Assembly (NCBI GenBank): GCA_965644265.1
Contig: OZ286461.1
Span: 49,600,001 to 49,664,000 of the forward strand
Direction: 5' to 3'
DNA: 64,000 nucleotides
Source of the DNA: Glycera tridactyla
Lineage: Eukaryota
Of this stretch, positions 1-13,215 are shown one piece after another. Every line of letters begins with the position of its first letter. The first letter of the stretch is position 1. The notes beneath the pieces were generated by a model that was given only the letters and a program-made list of their open reading frames with translations, searched no databases and was not told the DNA's origin. A program made the position numbers and the translations under genes.

Positions 1-1619
1 GAGAAAATGCAGAATACACTCGCGTGTTCGCATCATATGGAAGACGCTTACATGAGATATTATTCAAGATATTTCTGCAAGAATTGATCCGTTGAGGCCA
101 ATCCTATGAGAAACAGTCCATCTGGCGAGATGTACCAGAGCAGCACGTCAGCTGATGACGATTGAAAAGTCGTCAGCATCTACTCAAGAATATTGCTTCG
201 GCCTTTCCATCACCAAGCAACCGGTGCATTTTATTGATATTCTACGCTTGCTCAGACTGACGCAAAATCATTTTTCGGAGAAGTAATCGATATCTCTGTC
301 CATATAAACTTCCAGGAACCATCCGCATTTGAAGGTCATCGATTCTTCATGTCTGAAATACAATGCACAGTATTATACAAGAGAAATGATGCAATATATA
401 TCATGACATGTAATAGATGTTATCTTAATGAAGAAGTAGGAGCAAACATGAGGGTGGGAAAAGAAGTATACGCTTAGCGAAAGCCATTTCTTTGATGTTA
501 AATCGTCAAGCACTCAGTCCTACCTCACCAAATACGTCCTTGAAACTGGCTGTGAAAGGGCACGATGCTTAGGATATATACCAATCCTTTCAAACGTTTG
601 CAAATTCAGACATTCAAACATTCAGGGATACTTTCTGTGCGCGGAGATATATTTCATACTGTTCATCTCCCACCGTAATATCATGGCAGAAGTATCTGCC
701 CGGAACACCATGATATTCCGGCTTTTCAATGACCTAAAATGCCATTATGGCATTGAAACAGCGATGCGTACCTGGGATACCATGATTGTGCTTGTCATCG
801 CCTAAAAAGTGGACTTTCTGGTATTGAATCAATAGTGTCTCTGGAGCGACATGATCTTTCTGTTTTTCAACGCCTGAAATCAAAGTAAAATGTAAACACG
901 ATACATTCAAAACCAGCACTTGACCTATAAACATATGCAAATTCTCTCGTCATATTACTAACCTTCTCTTCTCTCAATCATGAACATTTCACAATTTTGA
1001 TCACCAGAGGTTGAGTATCACTGCAACCATGGTGTATCGATGCAGCTACGCAGAGGGCTCCTCCTTGGTGGTCAGATAGATAAACTTCTCCCCCATTTAT
1101 AGTACAGTGTGGAATCGTAAAGTGGTGTTGTAATCGATGATAAAGCTTGAATAGCCAAGGTCTATTGGTGATGACATGGAGTATGAAGAGGCGGGCGGAT
1201 GATTGAATGTTTTATTGAGTGGAGTGTTGTTATAACATGCCTGAAATGTAGACACTGGGCGCAGATCGATGGCGAACTGTTGATGTTGTTACAGCAACTA
1301 TGTGAGTATGTTGGCTATGTTCGAACAGGTATACATCGTGAAATAGCATATAATATATGGATGGGCGTCCCTTGTATGAGCCATCGGTGCACCATCTTCT
1401 ACATCACCGCATCCCTGTGGGCTAACGCTTACATAACAAGTAGTTTGTTTTAAGATCTCGTCGTATCATGTACCAAAGAATGACAGGTATTACTCAAATT
1501 AAGCGCTCCTTTATTGGGCTTCACGATCATCGATACGCGGCATATATTCAATGGATTTGCACCCATTGTAGTAGCGTCTCCTCTGCTTGGTAGCTACGAC
1601 CTTTGAGAATATCTCTAAG

Positions 1620-2090
1620 GATCATGTGACCTGATCATCATGATCATGATCATCGTCATCATCGTCGTCATCGTCATGAAGATGATGATGATGACGACGA
1701 TGATCATGATGGTNNNNNNNNNNNNNNNNNNNNNNNNNNNNNNNNNNNNNNNNNNNNNNNNNNNNNNNNNNNNNNNNNNNNNNNNNNNNNNNNNNNNNNN
1801 NNNNNNNNNNNNNNNNNNNNNNNNNNNNNNNNNNNNNNNNNNNNNNNNNNNNNNNNNNNNNNNNNNNNNNNNNNNNNNNNNNNNNNNNNNNNNNNNNNNN
1901 NNNNNNNNNNNNNNNNNNNNNNNNNNNNNNNNNNNNNNNNNNNNNNNNNNNNNNNNNNNNNNGTTGTTGATGATGATAATGGTGATGATGTTTTTGTTGT
2001 TGTTGTTAATGATGACGGTGTTGTTGTTGTTGTTGATGCTGCTGCTGCAGCTGATGATGATGGTGGTAGTGATGATGATGGTCAGTGAAT
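1620..2090. repeat. (ATG/TTG)n trinucleotide microsatellite spanning an N-gap
   Basis: Visible directly; source of the spurious Met/Ile/His ORFs. Confidence 0.95.
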
Positions 2091-2694
2091 GATAGATCCG
2101 AACCAAGAAGTAAGATGAATTCAGCCGTGAGTCCTTCAGGGGTACGTAGCAGTCTCATAAGCTTCTGCAGTTGGCCGTGGCGTCCTTTCGGCAACTTGAA
2201 CACCAATATAATCAAGACTTCTTATCCAGACCACTAGTATCAATCGTTGGCTGGAATTTAATTCGTGAATCAATGCAAATATGGTCTGTGATGGATTGAA
2301 CAATCACGGAAGCATGACAGATGAATGAAGAATGCCTTATTTTTTTCCCTGAAGCTGTATTTACTTGGATAACTGAATCAACATAGAAAATATCAATCTC
2401 TTTTGGTGCGTATATCTTACAATCTTTCCACATCATAAGGTCCGTTGTTGGCACTGAGAACTCCCAGTTTAGTTTTACATCCAACCGGGATCCAATAGCC
2501 TCCTCCCGGAGCAAACTTCATGACAACTTCGGTAGATATTTTCTCATTCTCTGGAACCATTAGGAGATTCGAGGATGAGACCCTAAGCACCCATTCTCAG
2601 AATAAGCTGCATTCCACTGAATTATGAAATTACATAGAGCGGATGCAAACGAATGACATCAGAAGGTAGCCTACATACATTTGGGCAATCGATC

Positions 2695-3370
2695 AATCAG
2701 TCCGTCAGTCAGTCCGTCAGTCAGCCTACCAGCCAGCTAGCCAGCCAGCCAGCTAGCTAGCTAGCAAGTTAGTCCGTCAGTCAGTCAGTCAGTCCGTCCG
2801 TCCGTCCGTCCGTNNNNNNNNNNNNNNNNNNNNNNNNNNNNNNNNNNNNNNNNNNNNNNNNNNNNNNNNNNNNNNNNNNNNNNNNNNNNNNNNNNNNNNN
2901 NNNNNNNNNNNNNNNNNNNNNNNNNNNNNNNNNNNNNNNNNNNNNNNNNNNNNNNNNNNNNNNNNNNNNNNNNNNNNNNNNNNNNNNNNNNNNNNNNNNN
3001 NNNNNNNNNNNNNNNNNNNNNNNNNNNNNNNNNNNNNNNNNNNNNNNNNNNNNNNNNNNNNNNNNNNNNNNNNNNNNNNNNNNNNNNNNNNNNNNNNNNN
3101 NNNNNNNNNNNNNNNNNNNNNNNNNNNNNNNNNNNNNNNNNNNNNNNNNNNNNNNNNNNNNNNNNNNNNNNNNNNNNNNNNNNNNNNNNNNNNNNNNNNN
3201 NNNNNNNNNNNNNNNNNNNNNNNNNNNNNNNNNNNNNNNNNNNNNNNNNNNNNNNNNNNNNNNNNNNNNNNNNNNNNNNNNNNNNNNNNNNNNNNNNNNN
3301 NNNNNNNNNNNNNNNNNNNNNNNNNNNGTCAGTCAGTCAGTCCGTCCGTCCGTCAGTCAGCCATCCAGCC
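2695..3370. repeat. (CAGT/CCGT/CCAG)n tetranucleotide microsatellite spanning an N-gap
   Basis: Visible directly. Confidence 0.95.
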
Positions 3371-4125
3371 CTTGATTCATCAATGGTCTAAAACCAACTG
3401 ATCATCTATATCATATAGAGAAAGATCTCCGAACCACAAGCATAATGCATTAAATGATAGCTGTATAATATCTACACGAATCATCCCGAGCAAAGTGATA
3501 TGCCATTCAATTCAAAACTGAAACATTTACGAAAAGAATAATGAGCAGGGGCGTGTACGACTTTGTCAGTCTCCGTGAGAAATTTTCTCTGATTTTTCAC
3601 TAAACTTAGGGATACCCATTCATGGATAGAGGCAAGAATCAAACTCTTGAGATAGTACGAACATGTAAGGCCTACAACCTACTTGAATAATGCTCTGCTT
3701 CGTGTAATGACATTTCTGACGTGCTCACCATAGGATGGATACACTAAGTCGACCATGATCTCGATTTGCAGCTGCAAGTTCAGACCCGCAAACTATGTCA
3801 GTGTTTGGGTGGCGTATAGTTGTCAGTTTAGACTAGATTATAAGTGGTTATCCATACAAAAGCTTTACTCATCCCGGATTAGCGTATACACCCATTAATT
3901 GCCACCCATTACCATAGTACCAGTGTGGCAAAACAAGACACACGCCGTAAAATACCGCCTGTAGCATTAAAACCAGTCATAGCAATGCTTCTATTGTCTA
4001 TCTGGGATGGTGGAGAGGGTATAAAGAAGATTCATGTGGATGGAAAACTAGTGAAAATTTAGCACAATAAAAAATACGCTAAACACGCGAGGATGATGCG
4101 AGGATGTCATAAATACCGTGTACCC

Positions 4126-4383
4126 AGAAATGATAGCTCGGGTGTCTGTGAATTTCATAGCCTAAAAGGAGGAGTCTTGAATGGGTCCACGCATACACAT
4201 TGCCTATATAGAAATGACACCTTGAGTGTCTGTGAATTTCATAAATTCTCGCCTTCTGTTGGGGACCCAGAAGGAGGAGTCTTGAATGATCCCACCCATG
4301 CCCATTGCATGGGCGTCACAATATAGCCCAGATGGAGCTGACGTGACATTAAACCCCCAACAAAACAAACAAACAAACAAACA
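4126..4383 (+). mobile_element. SINE-like 3' segment with internal partial tandem duplication and (AAAC)n tail
   Basis: Two imperfect copies of AGAAATGA..GTGTCTGTGAATTTCATA..AAGGAGGAGTCTTGAATG, followed by ...GCTGACGTGACATTAAACCCCCAACAAAACAAACAAACAAAC, a tail style typical of invertebrate tRNA-derived SINEs. Confidence 0.45.
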
Positions 4384-6152
4384 AGCATCTCACTTTGTCC
4401 CAAAAGGTGCTCATGGGACGTGAATCAACAAACCCATCAACCAATCAGATATCCTCTGTCCTGCGCATGACAAATGTGGTCATGACCCTAGTGCATGTCA
4501 CGGATTCACGCACGAGGACGTAATCAGAACCATTCCTGCTCTTTGGTGAAGCAACCCTTGAATGTGCGGCTGTCTAAATCTGAAAAGTTTTGACACTTCC
4601 ATGGCTGAACGACCACGCATCATTCACTCATGTTGAAAGTAAAGTGTGTATGCGTATTCATTGCGTGAGCATGAGTTTGTACTACCCTGAGAGGGAAGTC
4701 TGTGTCGTTGTACGGGGTTTGTGGGTTCGTGAATACGTACGCACGCATGCACTCGCCCCATGTTGTGCGTGCACGAGTGTGTGCATTTGACGTGCATATG
4801 TTATAGGCGGGGAAGGGTGTCTGCTCGTGTACAAGCAGTCTGTGCGTGAGTGCTCATACGTACGTGCATGAGTGCATAAGTATTGGAGCTGGGCGAATGT
4901 TTGTTCATGTAAGCTGAACAATTACACTAATCAATATACTGTTCTGTTTATATGTGCGATATGGGGAGCTCCATCATCCCGCCTCCATCGCCAGTATAGG
5001 CTCAGTCTCCTTCAATCCCAAACCAATATTCTCTCCATCATTGTGGTTTCCTGGACCATCACCTCATATCACTTAGGGCGTCAGCCACTTTCACTTGGCA
5101 AACTAACCGCAAATCGCAGCATGTCCATTTCGATCATTTTTCCTGCAAATCTGCACCAACGCCAATACTGGAATTAGTCAACATTGTGCATTGATACATC
5201 TGAATTGTCGATCTCGGAAAGAGAAAAAAGATTTACCATTCAGCTCTCTCCTTCATGGTATCATGGTCATCTCCTTTTCCCCAAAATGCTTCTCGGAAAC
5301 GTGTTTGATCGTCTCTCTGTTTGAGGTTGTCATAGTTAACGAGCTAGGCTGCATCTAATGATACGGCTGTGTATATATGTCGATATTAGATGGGCATATA
5401 AACATAGGAGGGCACTGGATATATATGTAGTTATTTAACATATCTGTATTTGGATACCCCAGGCCAATGTGCTGCGAGATAAAAACAATGACTGCAATAT
5501 ATGCAGGAGAGTTCCTGTCCAAACTTCGGTTTATATCTCATGTAGTGGAAGTGTTCGTGTGAAAATATATCTGGCTGTCTGTTCGTCTGTCCATCTTTTC
5601 GTCTGCATGCCTATTCGGCTGTCCGGCTGTCTGTCTGCCTCCGTCCACCCGGTTCTCCATGGAAAATATGAAGGAAGTTTTTGAGCAGATGAAAAACAGA
5701 AATACCACTGGATATTTGAAAAAAAAACTATTCCAAAAGATGTGGATCTTAGACATTTTAATTCAGTGCTGCCGACAACATGCACGGAAAAGACTGACCC
5801 TGTCATTCCGCAAAATGTGGGGAAGTTCCCCAGCGGGAGTGCTCCATTCTTCAGCAAGTAGTTTGGTTTTATTGACGGGTTGAGGAGACGTTGAGCCCAA
5901 CTCATCAATCAGTCCATCCATCCATTCATCCATCTCTATTTATCGACTGTCCTCAGACAGACAGCCTTTTCTGGAGGTCTTGTCCGTAAGGGCCTGACAA
6001 AAAAGCACTGACCTCATACTGCAGTTGTTTGACGGACAGTTATCTACATTGAATCTCGCATATGCCCAATCCGAAAACTCAAATTCGAATTGCTCTAGAG
6101 AGAGAGCGCGAGAGAGGGAGAAAAATAACTTGGAAGGGACACTGATGGGGAG

Positions 6153-6155
<3 letters not shown>

Positions 6156-6228
<73 letters not shown>
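6156..6228. repeat. (AG)n microsatellite
   Basis: Perfect dinucleotide run. Confidence 0.98.
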
Positions 6229-6230
<2 letters not shown>

Positions 6231-8200
6231 TAAGGGGATGGAACTGGTGATATAGGAGTATTTTCGGCTTTTTTGCCTGGGGTGGTATTGATCAGTGGAT
6301 TGTGTCCATCCACTGGATGTAATCAAACTAGTTACAACTTCCTGCAAGTATACTGATAGTATTCACGTTCGGCATGCAGCTTCAACGCCTCTGTTGCTGG
6401 CAGCATTCAAATGTCCCGTCACCCTTCAACACTCAGTAAGACCTTTTAATCGCATTCAATCCTGACGCACTGAGTTGCGGATCCTCAATGTTAATCAACA
6501 CACACCGCCGCCACCGCCGCCGCCACTGGAGTTGATCGTGTACCCAATAATCTGCGACTATGTTTCGCACTGTAATTACAATAGTACATGTACTCTCCTA
6601 TTCGTGCCTGTCTACCCCATTCGGTTTCTGCCAAATGGCACGCACCACTGATCGCACCCACTGACGCGATCACGCACTGGCATATGTTTAGCAATATTAC
6701 ATGTGTAGGTCTGTGCAAAGACAACGATGAGACAAAGACATGTAGTTAGTCCACTCCATATTTCATGCAACGCTTTCTTCTAATGGGAGATGAATACAGA
6801 ATATACCTGAGCTCGGAATAGGTATTCAAGGAAATCAACATTACATAAGCGCCATCATAAAGACTGTTGATGGATCTTTTGCAGCTATTTCATGTTGTGG
6901 GATAAAGAGGGCATAGATATCTTTGAAAAATGCGATGCCTCAGTATAACAGAGACTTGATTTGCATATTTTGCAGATTGATTGCAGACCAATCAACATGT
7001 TCACTTATTATATAAATGTGACAGAGAGGCAAATATTGTNNNNNNNNNNNNNNNNNNNNNNNNNNNNNNNNNNNNNNNNNNNNNNNNNNNNNNNNNNNNN
7101 NNNNNNNNNNNNNNNNNNNNNNNNNNNNNNNNNNNNNNNNNNNNNNNNNNNNNNNNNNNNNNNNNNNNNNNNNNNNNNNNNNNNNNNNNNNNNNNNNNNN
7201 NNGATAGGCGGGCAGATAGAGAGATTAGAGTATATAATAATGTGGAAAGGCTCGGATATACGTCAGCTAGTAAAATCGACACGATATCAAAAAGGTGAAT
7301 CACAGTAAATCGTGGTGCATTCTGTTAACAGAACTAGCAGACCAGCAAACATGTAACATACTGCATAGTATCTGAGTTTATAATGATTTTTTTACACTCT
7401 TTCAGAATACTGCATCTTACAAGTCACGAGGTTGAGGTCAGACCAGGTTGGAATAACATATTACTTTCGAATGTTTGAAGTGACACATCATAACGATTAT
7501 GGGAATGAGATTTATTACATATTTTCTTTCCCTGATACCCGAGTACTCAGAAAATGATTGCTAATGCATGACATGATGATATGGACTCGTGTGTGTTTTG
7601 CTTGGTCAGAGATGAAAAGTGTTGGATTTTTCTTAAAGGCCCCCTCCCCCCGCAATTTGTCAGATTGATTCTGATAGGATGAATGAAGGCCAGGATGATT
7701 TGAGGCCAGGGTATGTACGTGCACGTTGGTCTGTAGGTTACATGAAGTAGACATACAATTCTGGACGGGGTCGTGACTTGGTAGGGTTACACATATCCGA
7801 AGACAATCTCATCAGGTATTCATTGGCACTTGTTCAAAGGACCGATCGAAAAACTCTGATTACAACATCTCCTCACCTTTATCATTCCATCTCTACCTCT
7901 GATTAGACATGGAACAGCACTCGCCGATCATGCCATTCCGGTTAGCTTCTTTTCAACTGTATATCAAGTCACTCATATGGCATGTCAGGCATGATTTATG
8001 GATACGGTTCGAAGGATGCACGAGATACATAATTGACAAATTCGTCATTTCTGCACATATGAGATATATCGTAGATTTTTATATGATTTTGTGTCTATGG
8101 TGATAGGGAGGCTGTAAGCATTCTTGCACCTTATATCTCAAAGACCAAAGCATTATCATCATTCATTATCGACCTGACATTTCCCTCGATATGATCATAT

Positions 8201-8353
8201 AGCAGGAACGCATAATCGTGTGGTGGCAGTTTAAGGATCACACGAGTTGGCGGAGCACAGGGAGCGCACGACGGCGAAGCTGGAGTGCGCTCCCCGTGCT
8301 CCGCCGACGAGTGTGAACCTTCAACTGCCACCACACGATTATGCGTTCCTGCT
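8201..8353. repeat. Long inverted repeat / foldback (69-bp arms, 15-nt spacer), MITE-like
   Basis: Left arm 8201-8269 is the reverse complement of 8285-8353 except at 6 positions; the outer 31 bp match perfectly. Confidence 0.9.
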
Positions 8354-10267
8354 TTTATCACACAGATATTGATGGATTTTAATAAATTCTTCATGTTTTC
8401 TTCATGTAATCGTCGTACAATGCTTGTCGTCGCCGTGAGAAACGTCTCTGAGCATGCGCGCACGTGTGATTTGCCGGTAGCTGACCTTTGAACCCAAACT
8501 AGAAGAATATGTCAACAAGAAAATAGCAAGCCAGCCTCCTGCTCTATTTCACCATGTAAGCCTGTTGCATTCAATATGAGTGCGTGAGTGTGTGCGTGAG
8601 TGTGTGCGTGAGTTTGTGTATGCGTATTGGCTTCTCAAAGTTGTCTTTAATGGCAGCGAGATCGGATTTGTTTATCGAATTCCAAATTGCGTCACGCGCG
8701 ACGTCGGCAATGTTCGGCTCGCTCACGGAAACAGCCGATCGTTGTTGGAGCCGTGTGATCCGTGACCAAAGATCACACGAGCCTGTTCCACATGCTCACG
8801 GTCCTATCTGTGTGATAATTTTTATGAAGTGGCACATCGTTCTATGTAACTATGATGTTGTGTCGAACAGCTGGCGGAAAGTAAACACCATGTTTTGACA
8901 GAACAGACGCAATATATGTGAATATCTCAAAATTATGAGAGAGCATCGGCCAGGCCATTCTATCGTATTTCTCTTCACTATATCGAATGGCGTTTTCAAA
9001 AGTACCTGCTCCTTGCCCTAGTTCGTCTTCCATTGCCACAAGGTAGGCCACATGGGGCACACAGCACAATATAACAAATGTTAATCATTTCATAACACGT
9101 GTATGGTGAATTCCCTTGGCTAGGGATGAAGCGTTGCCAGCAAGCGGTCTGTAATGAGGTTAGTGCATTATGCATATGACACATTTTGCATGCCTGACCT
9201 GGACGAGTCCTTAGCAACCCATAACAACCCATCATGCAGTCACCGAGGACCAGCCGTGAAGCCGCAGGGCTGTGAGATCATTAATGTATAGACTTTGTGT
9301 TTGCCATGAGGCATGCTAAAGGTTCCACCAACGCTCCATAAAGGCTTCATAAAAGCTTCACAGAGGCCTGATGAGGCCTCAAAAAGCTTCCGTAATTATG
9401 AGGTGATTAGTTCATTTGGCTTGCAGCATTTCGGATTGCAATGACTACGAAGCGCCTGATTCAAGAGCTGGAGATTCGACTCTTGTGGTCAAACCATGCA
9501 TTGTTCCACTTGAATACCAGGTGTCACAACAATACACGCCCTCTTTCAATATGACCTTGTTCCAGGAGAATAATTCGGTCTTCATGAATAAGTTCGGCCT
9601 TGGTCCAATATGCAAATCGTGATTATGATATATGCATTCACAGGAACTTGACATCTATGTATCAAGCGTCGTCGTCGTCGTGGAGGCAACGTCAGGTCGG
9701 CTTGACATCCCGACATTATAGTGACGACAATCTCTCTTCATGCAGCATCCCTTGGCACGTGGCCCACATCCACAAGAACAAGTTTTTTGTTATTTTACTA
9801 CGCGTCCGATTGAAGTGTAAATTGCTATCGACTGCCAAGGAGCGTTGCCAAGCCGACAACTTCTGATGACTGGAATAAATGAAGGTAATCATGCTAGGGT
9901 GACATCCTATTTCACAGAATGCCTCCTTTACATAAAATTTCGACAGACTCCATTAGTCGAACTCCGGCTTATGGTGATCGATTATTAAATCAAAATTACG
10001 TTTTTGAACAAAAGTTGAAAGACATGAGGATGTGTTTTGGGACAAGAGACAGAATACGCAGATTTTTTTTTATATTTTAATGGGTTTACCGGGTTATCGG
10101 CGAAGCAATGGAATGAATACAGAAGATCCCAATCTGATAGTCATGAGCTACACGTATGGACAGTTTAGCGATGTTTGTCCTGGTCAAGACGAACAGCCCG
10201 ATGACCAGCTACCGGGCTTTAGTCCAACCTCTTAGCTACTAATCTCTAGCAGAGGCCTAATCGAATC

Positions 10268-10390
10268 GGCGCCATTTATGGGCGCGTCATTTCCGGCCAT
10301 CAACGCGTGCGCATTGAGTGCACCGGAAGTAAGCCCTGAGTTACGACCACTGCACTTCTGACCACCATTCGTCTTCGACGTCACTATTCT
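10268..10390. promoter_or_regulatory. CpG-rich housekeeping-type promoter candidate
   Basis: Clustered GGCGCCATTT (YY1-like), ATTTCCGG and ACCGGAAGT (inverted ETS-like pair), GCGTGCGCA (NRF1-like) and GACGTCA (CRE-like), with a GTAAGC donor-like site at 10329. Confidence 0.4.
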
Positions 10391-11977
10391 AGTTACTCAC
10401 TAGTAGATAAAGAAACTGTTTCCTGACCTTCAAATCAAAGATTAAAAACATCAGAGACTGGGTCGAAGACTTCATTTCATTGCAAGCAAATATTTTTACC
10501 CAAACCTCAGTTATTATTCATCCAGATCGGCTGCACCATGATTAGGTGCTGGGAGGATGTTGTTAGTGTGACTGCAGGGCAAAGGTGAGAATCTCCACAG
10601 GAGATTTATGGTGCTTAGTTCAGATAATCGATCCGTGGCTTTCGCATACCACAGAGGCATTTCCGTGAATTATTCTAGGGTGTGTATTGTGAGATTGCCA
10701 GAAGTATGTGAATTATGTGGAGGTATCACATTTGGTATCCAGGTAGATTAGGTAGGTACTATGGCTCATAACCTTGATGCTGAACTTGTTGAAGGTGGGT
10801 AGCTCATATAACCTAATGGTCCTATTTTAATCCCATGAAAGAGGGAGAGAAAGGGAGAGGGGGCTCTTAGATGGTTGACCTCCCTTTTTCATAGGACTAA
10901 CAGGATGACTGTTGATATAACATATTTGACAATGAAGTCGTTGTAATAATCTTTTTATCTTCACAGTTGAGGAGTCTTCTCCAAAGTATGAGTAATCGAA
11001 CTGAGTAAACGAGCAAAATGCTCACGAGATCCCAGGCTTGAGGGTAATGGCCTCATGATATTCATGATATTCGGGCAGGGAAAATGACCTCATGTCAACC
11101 TCCAGTGTAAATATTTTTCGATTTTAAATGCTAGTGGCAGGTTTATTCCGAAATGGCTGCCAACAATTCTCCAGCAACCCTCCCTTGGTCTGTAATGAAA
11201 AATCCAAGTGGCAAAGTAAAGCCATCAACAGTACTCAATGGTAAAATTATACTGTAAAATATTTGGGACGATTGAACACGATAATCAAACACATTTTACT
11301 GTCCCACATCTCGAAAAAGTTTAAAATCGACAGATTCACTGTCTGTAGAGTTTTGCTGATGAAAGTTTTGTGGAGTGGTGCGCTTGCAAAGATGTTCCAC
11401 CGATAGATATTCCCAGATTCTGAATGAATTCCTGTTTACTAACGTATATCCATGAATGCTTAAGACTGCACACGTTCAACCCCGAATGCATTTCTCACTG
11501 TCTAGATGCCTCCATAGGACTGAAAACGTGTTGACATTTGAGTTCGCTATGACTTGTCCTTTATTCTGACATCTTTAATCCAATTTCTGCCAGTGTCCCG
11601 GTCGTCCACTACATCACACACCATTAGTGGCTACACTGAGTATCAGCAGAGAGAAAAATGTCACAGAGCGAAGTATTACACATCCGATACTTAACAGATA
11701 TTAGATTTACGTATATAAATGCATGCTAGGCTGGTATTCGGAATCTTTTACGGGTTTGGAAGGAGGGATGTTTATCACAGAAGTTGTTCACAGCATGTCC
11801 TTCCTACCACAAGAGTAAAAGTGCATTATTCGGATTTCAACATCAGGTAATAAATCCAGATATGCGGGGATGGGGTTGGGGTTGGAGTGCCACGACAAGA
11901 TTAGCAGTTTTATTAACATGGATAAGGGTGGTGGCTGCTTGAAACTCGGAAAGCTATCACACCATGTGAAAGCCTGT

Positions 11978-12430
11978 CCATCTCATCTCAAGAGGGCGAA
12001 GCGATGACCATTCATCCCATCATTTGAGGGTAAAGGTTCATCTATCCCAGCATGTTAGGGTGACGGACCCTTTATCTAATCATAAGAGGGCATGGGACTA
12101 TTCTTCTCATCATCAGAGGGCACAGGATCTTTCATCTCATCATGTGAGGGCAAAGAACCATTCATCCCATTATGCAAGGCTGAAGAAGCACTCACCTCAC
12201 CTCATCATGTGAGGATGATCAACCATTCATCTTTTCTTCTGAGGGTGAAGGACGATTCATTTGAGGTTCGAGAATGGTTTCTCTCATCGGGGAACGAAGC
12301 GCCAATCATCTCATCATGTAGGGGTAAAATATGATTTGTCCTATCATGTGAGGGTGGAGAACCATCCACATGTGAGGGTGAAGGATAATTTATCCCATTA
12401 TTTAGGATGGAGGCCTTTTCATCCCGGCAT
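11978..12430. repeat. Degenerate 30-bp minisatellite (~14-15 units)
   Basis: The consensus approximates CCATTCATCTCATCATGTGAGGGTGAAGGA; several units are shortened. Confidence 0.8.
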
Positions 12431-12489
12431 CTTATTCTTCCCATAACTATCCACGTTTCATATTTTTGTAGGCACTCGTTTAAGTGCTT

Positions 12490-13215
12490 GCAGCTATATA
12501 TTATATTTTGTTGCGTATCAAGCATTCAACCAACTGGAAACTGGACAAATGTGATATATTATGCCGATGATTTGGCAACAAATTCACTGCCAAAAGCATG
12601 GCTTCACGGAGGAAGCACTGGCCCCAACAATGGTGATATAATGTAATTATGATCTTGTTACAGATCTGATTAGCTCGTGATGAGATTGTCATATATGGTT
12701 AATCTGGATGCGATATGCCTAGATGAAACTATATATGTATATGCTACAGGGCTGAGATGTGCTTTCTTTGGGATTTCCTACTTGGCAACGCCGACTTTCA
12801 GAGCTGACCTTGCATCCAAAAGGTGGAATATTGGCAGGATTGCCCAGTTCAGTACTTGATGAGTAGATCAGTGTATTCTTGGATGGCACTGGATCAGTTG
12901 GATTCGAATTGCCTCTGACTACTTCCAAAGAGTGGAAGATAAACCACACCCCTCATTTCCTATCCGATATGGCAATGGTGTAAAAACGTGGTCGAACAGC
13001 AAATCCCACAGCAATCACTACGCCAACCATTATGGCACCCACTCCTTATTTTGAAAAAGAAGAATGTGAGTGACCGAGATAAAATCCAGATCTCATGACC
13101 CAGATGGATCTCAGATGGCACTTTCCAACAATCTATACACTTTCTAGGAAATGGAGCACACTGCTAGAGATATCATCATCACTGTCTGAATGTTCCACGT
13201 TCCTATAATGGCCGG
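12490..13215 (-). mobile_element. Decayed RTE-type LINE AP-endonuclease remnant
   Basis: Colinear degenerate motifs IIGTWNIQT ... GVGAIM ... IRNKIIY (cf. IGTWNVRT, GVGLIL, TRNQIDY), interrupted by stops and frameshifts. Confidence 0.4.

Noticed and set aside
8996-9060. CGNGRRTRAR resembling a TSP1 repeat
   Set aside because: The WSxW motif and the terminal Cys are absent; likely chance.
9362-9395. CTGATGAGGCC hammerhead-like core
   Set aside because: No GAAA or pairing stem II follows; it lies within a degenerate ~12-bp repeat.
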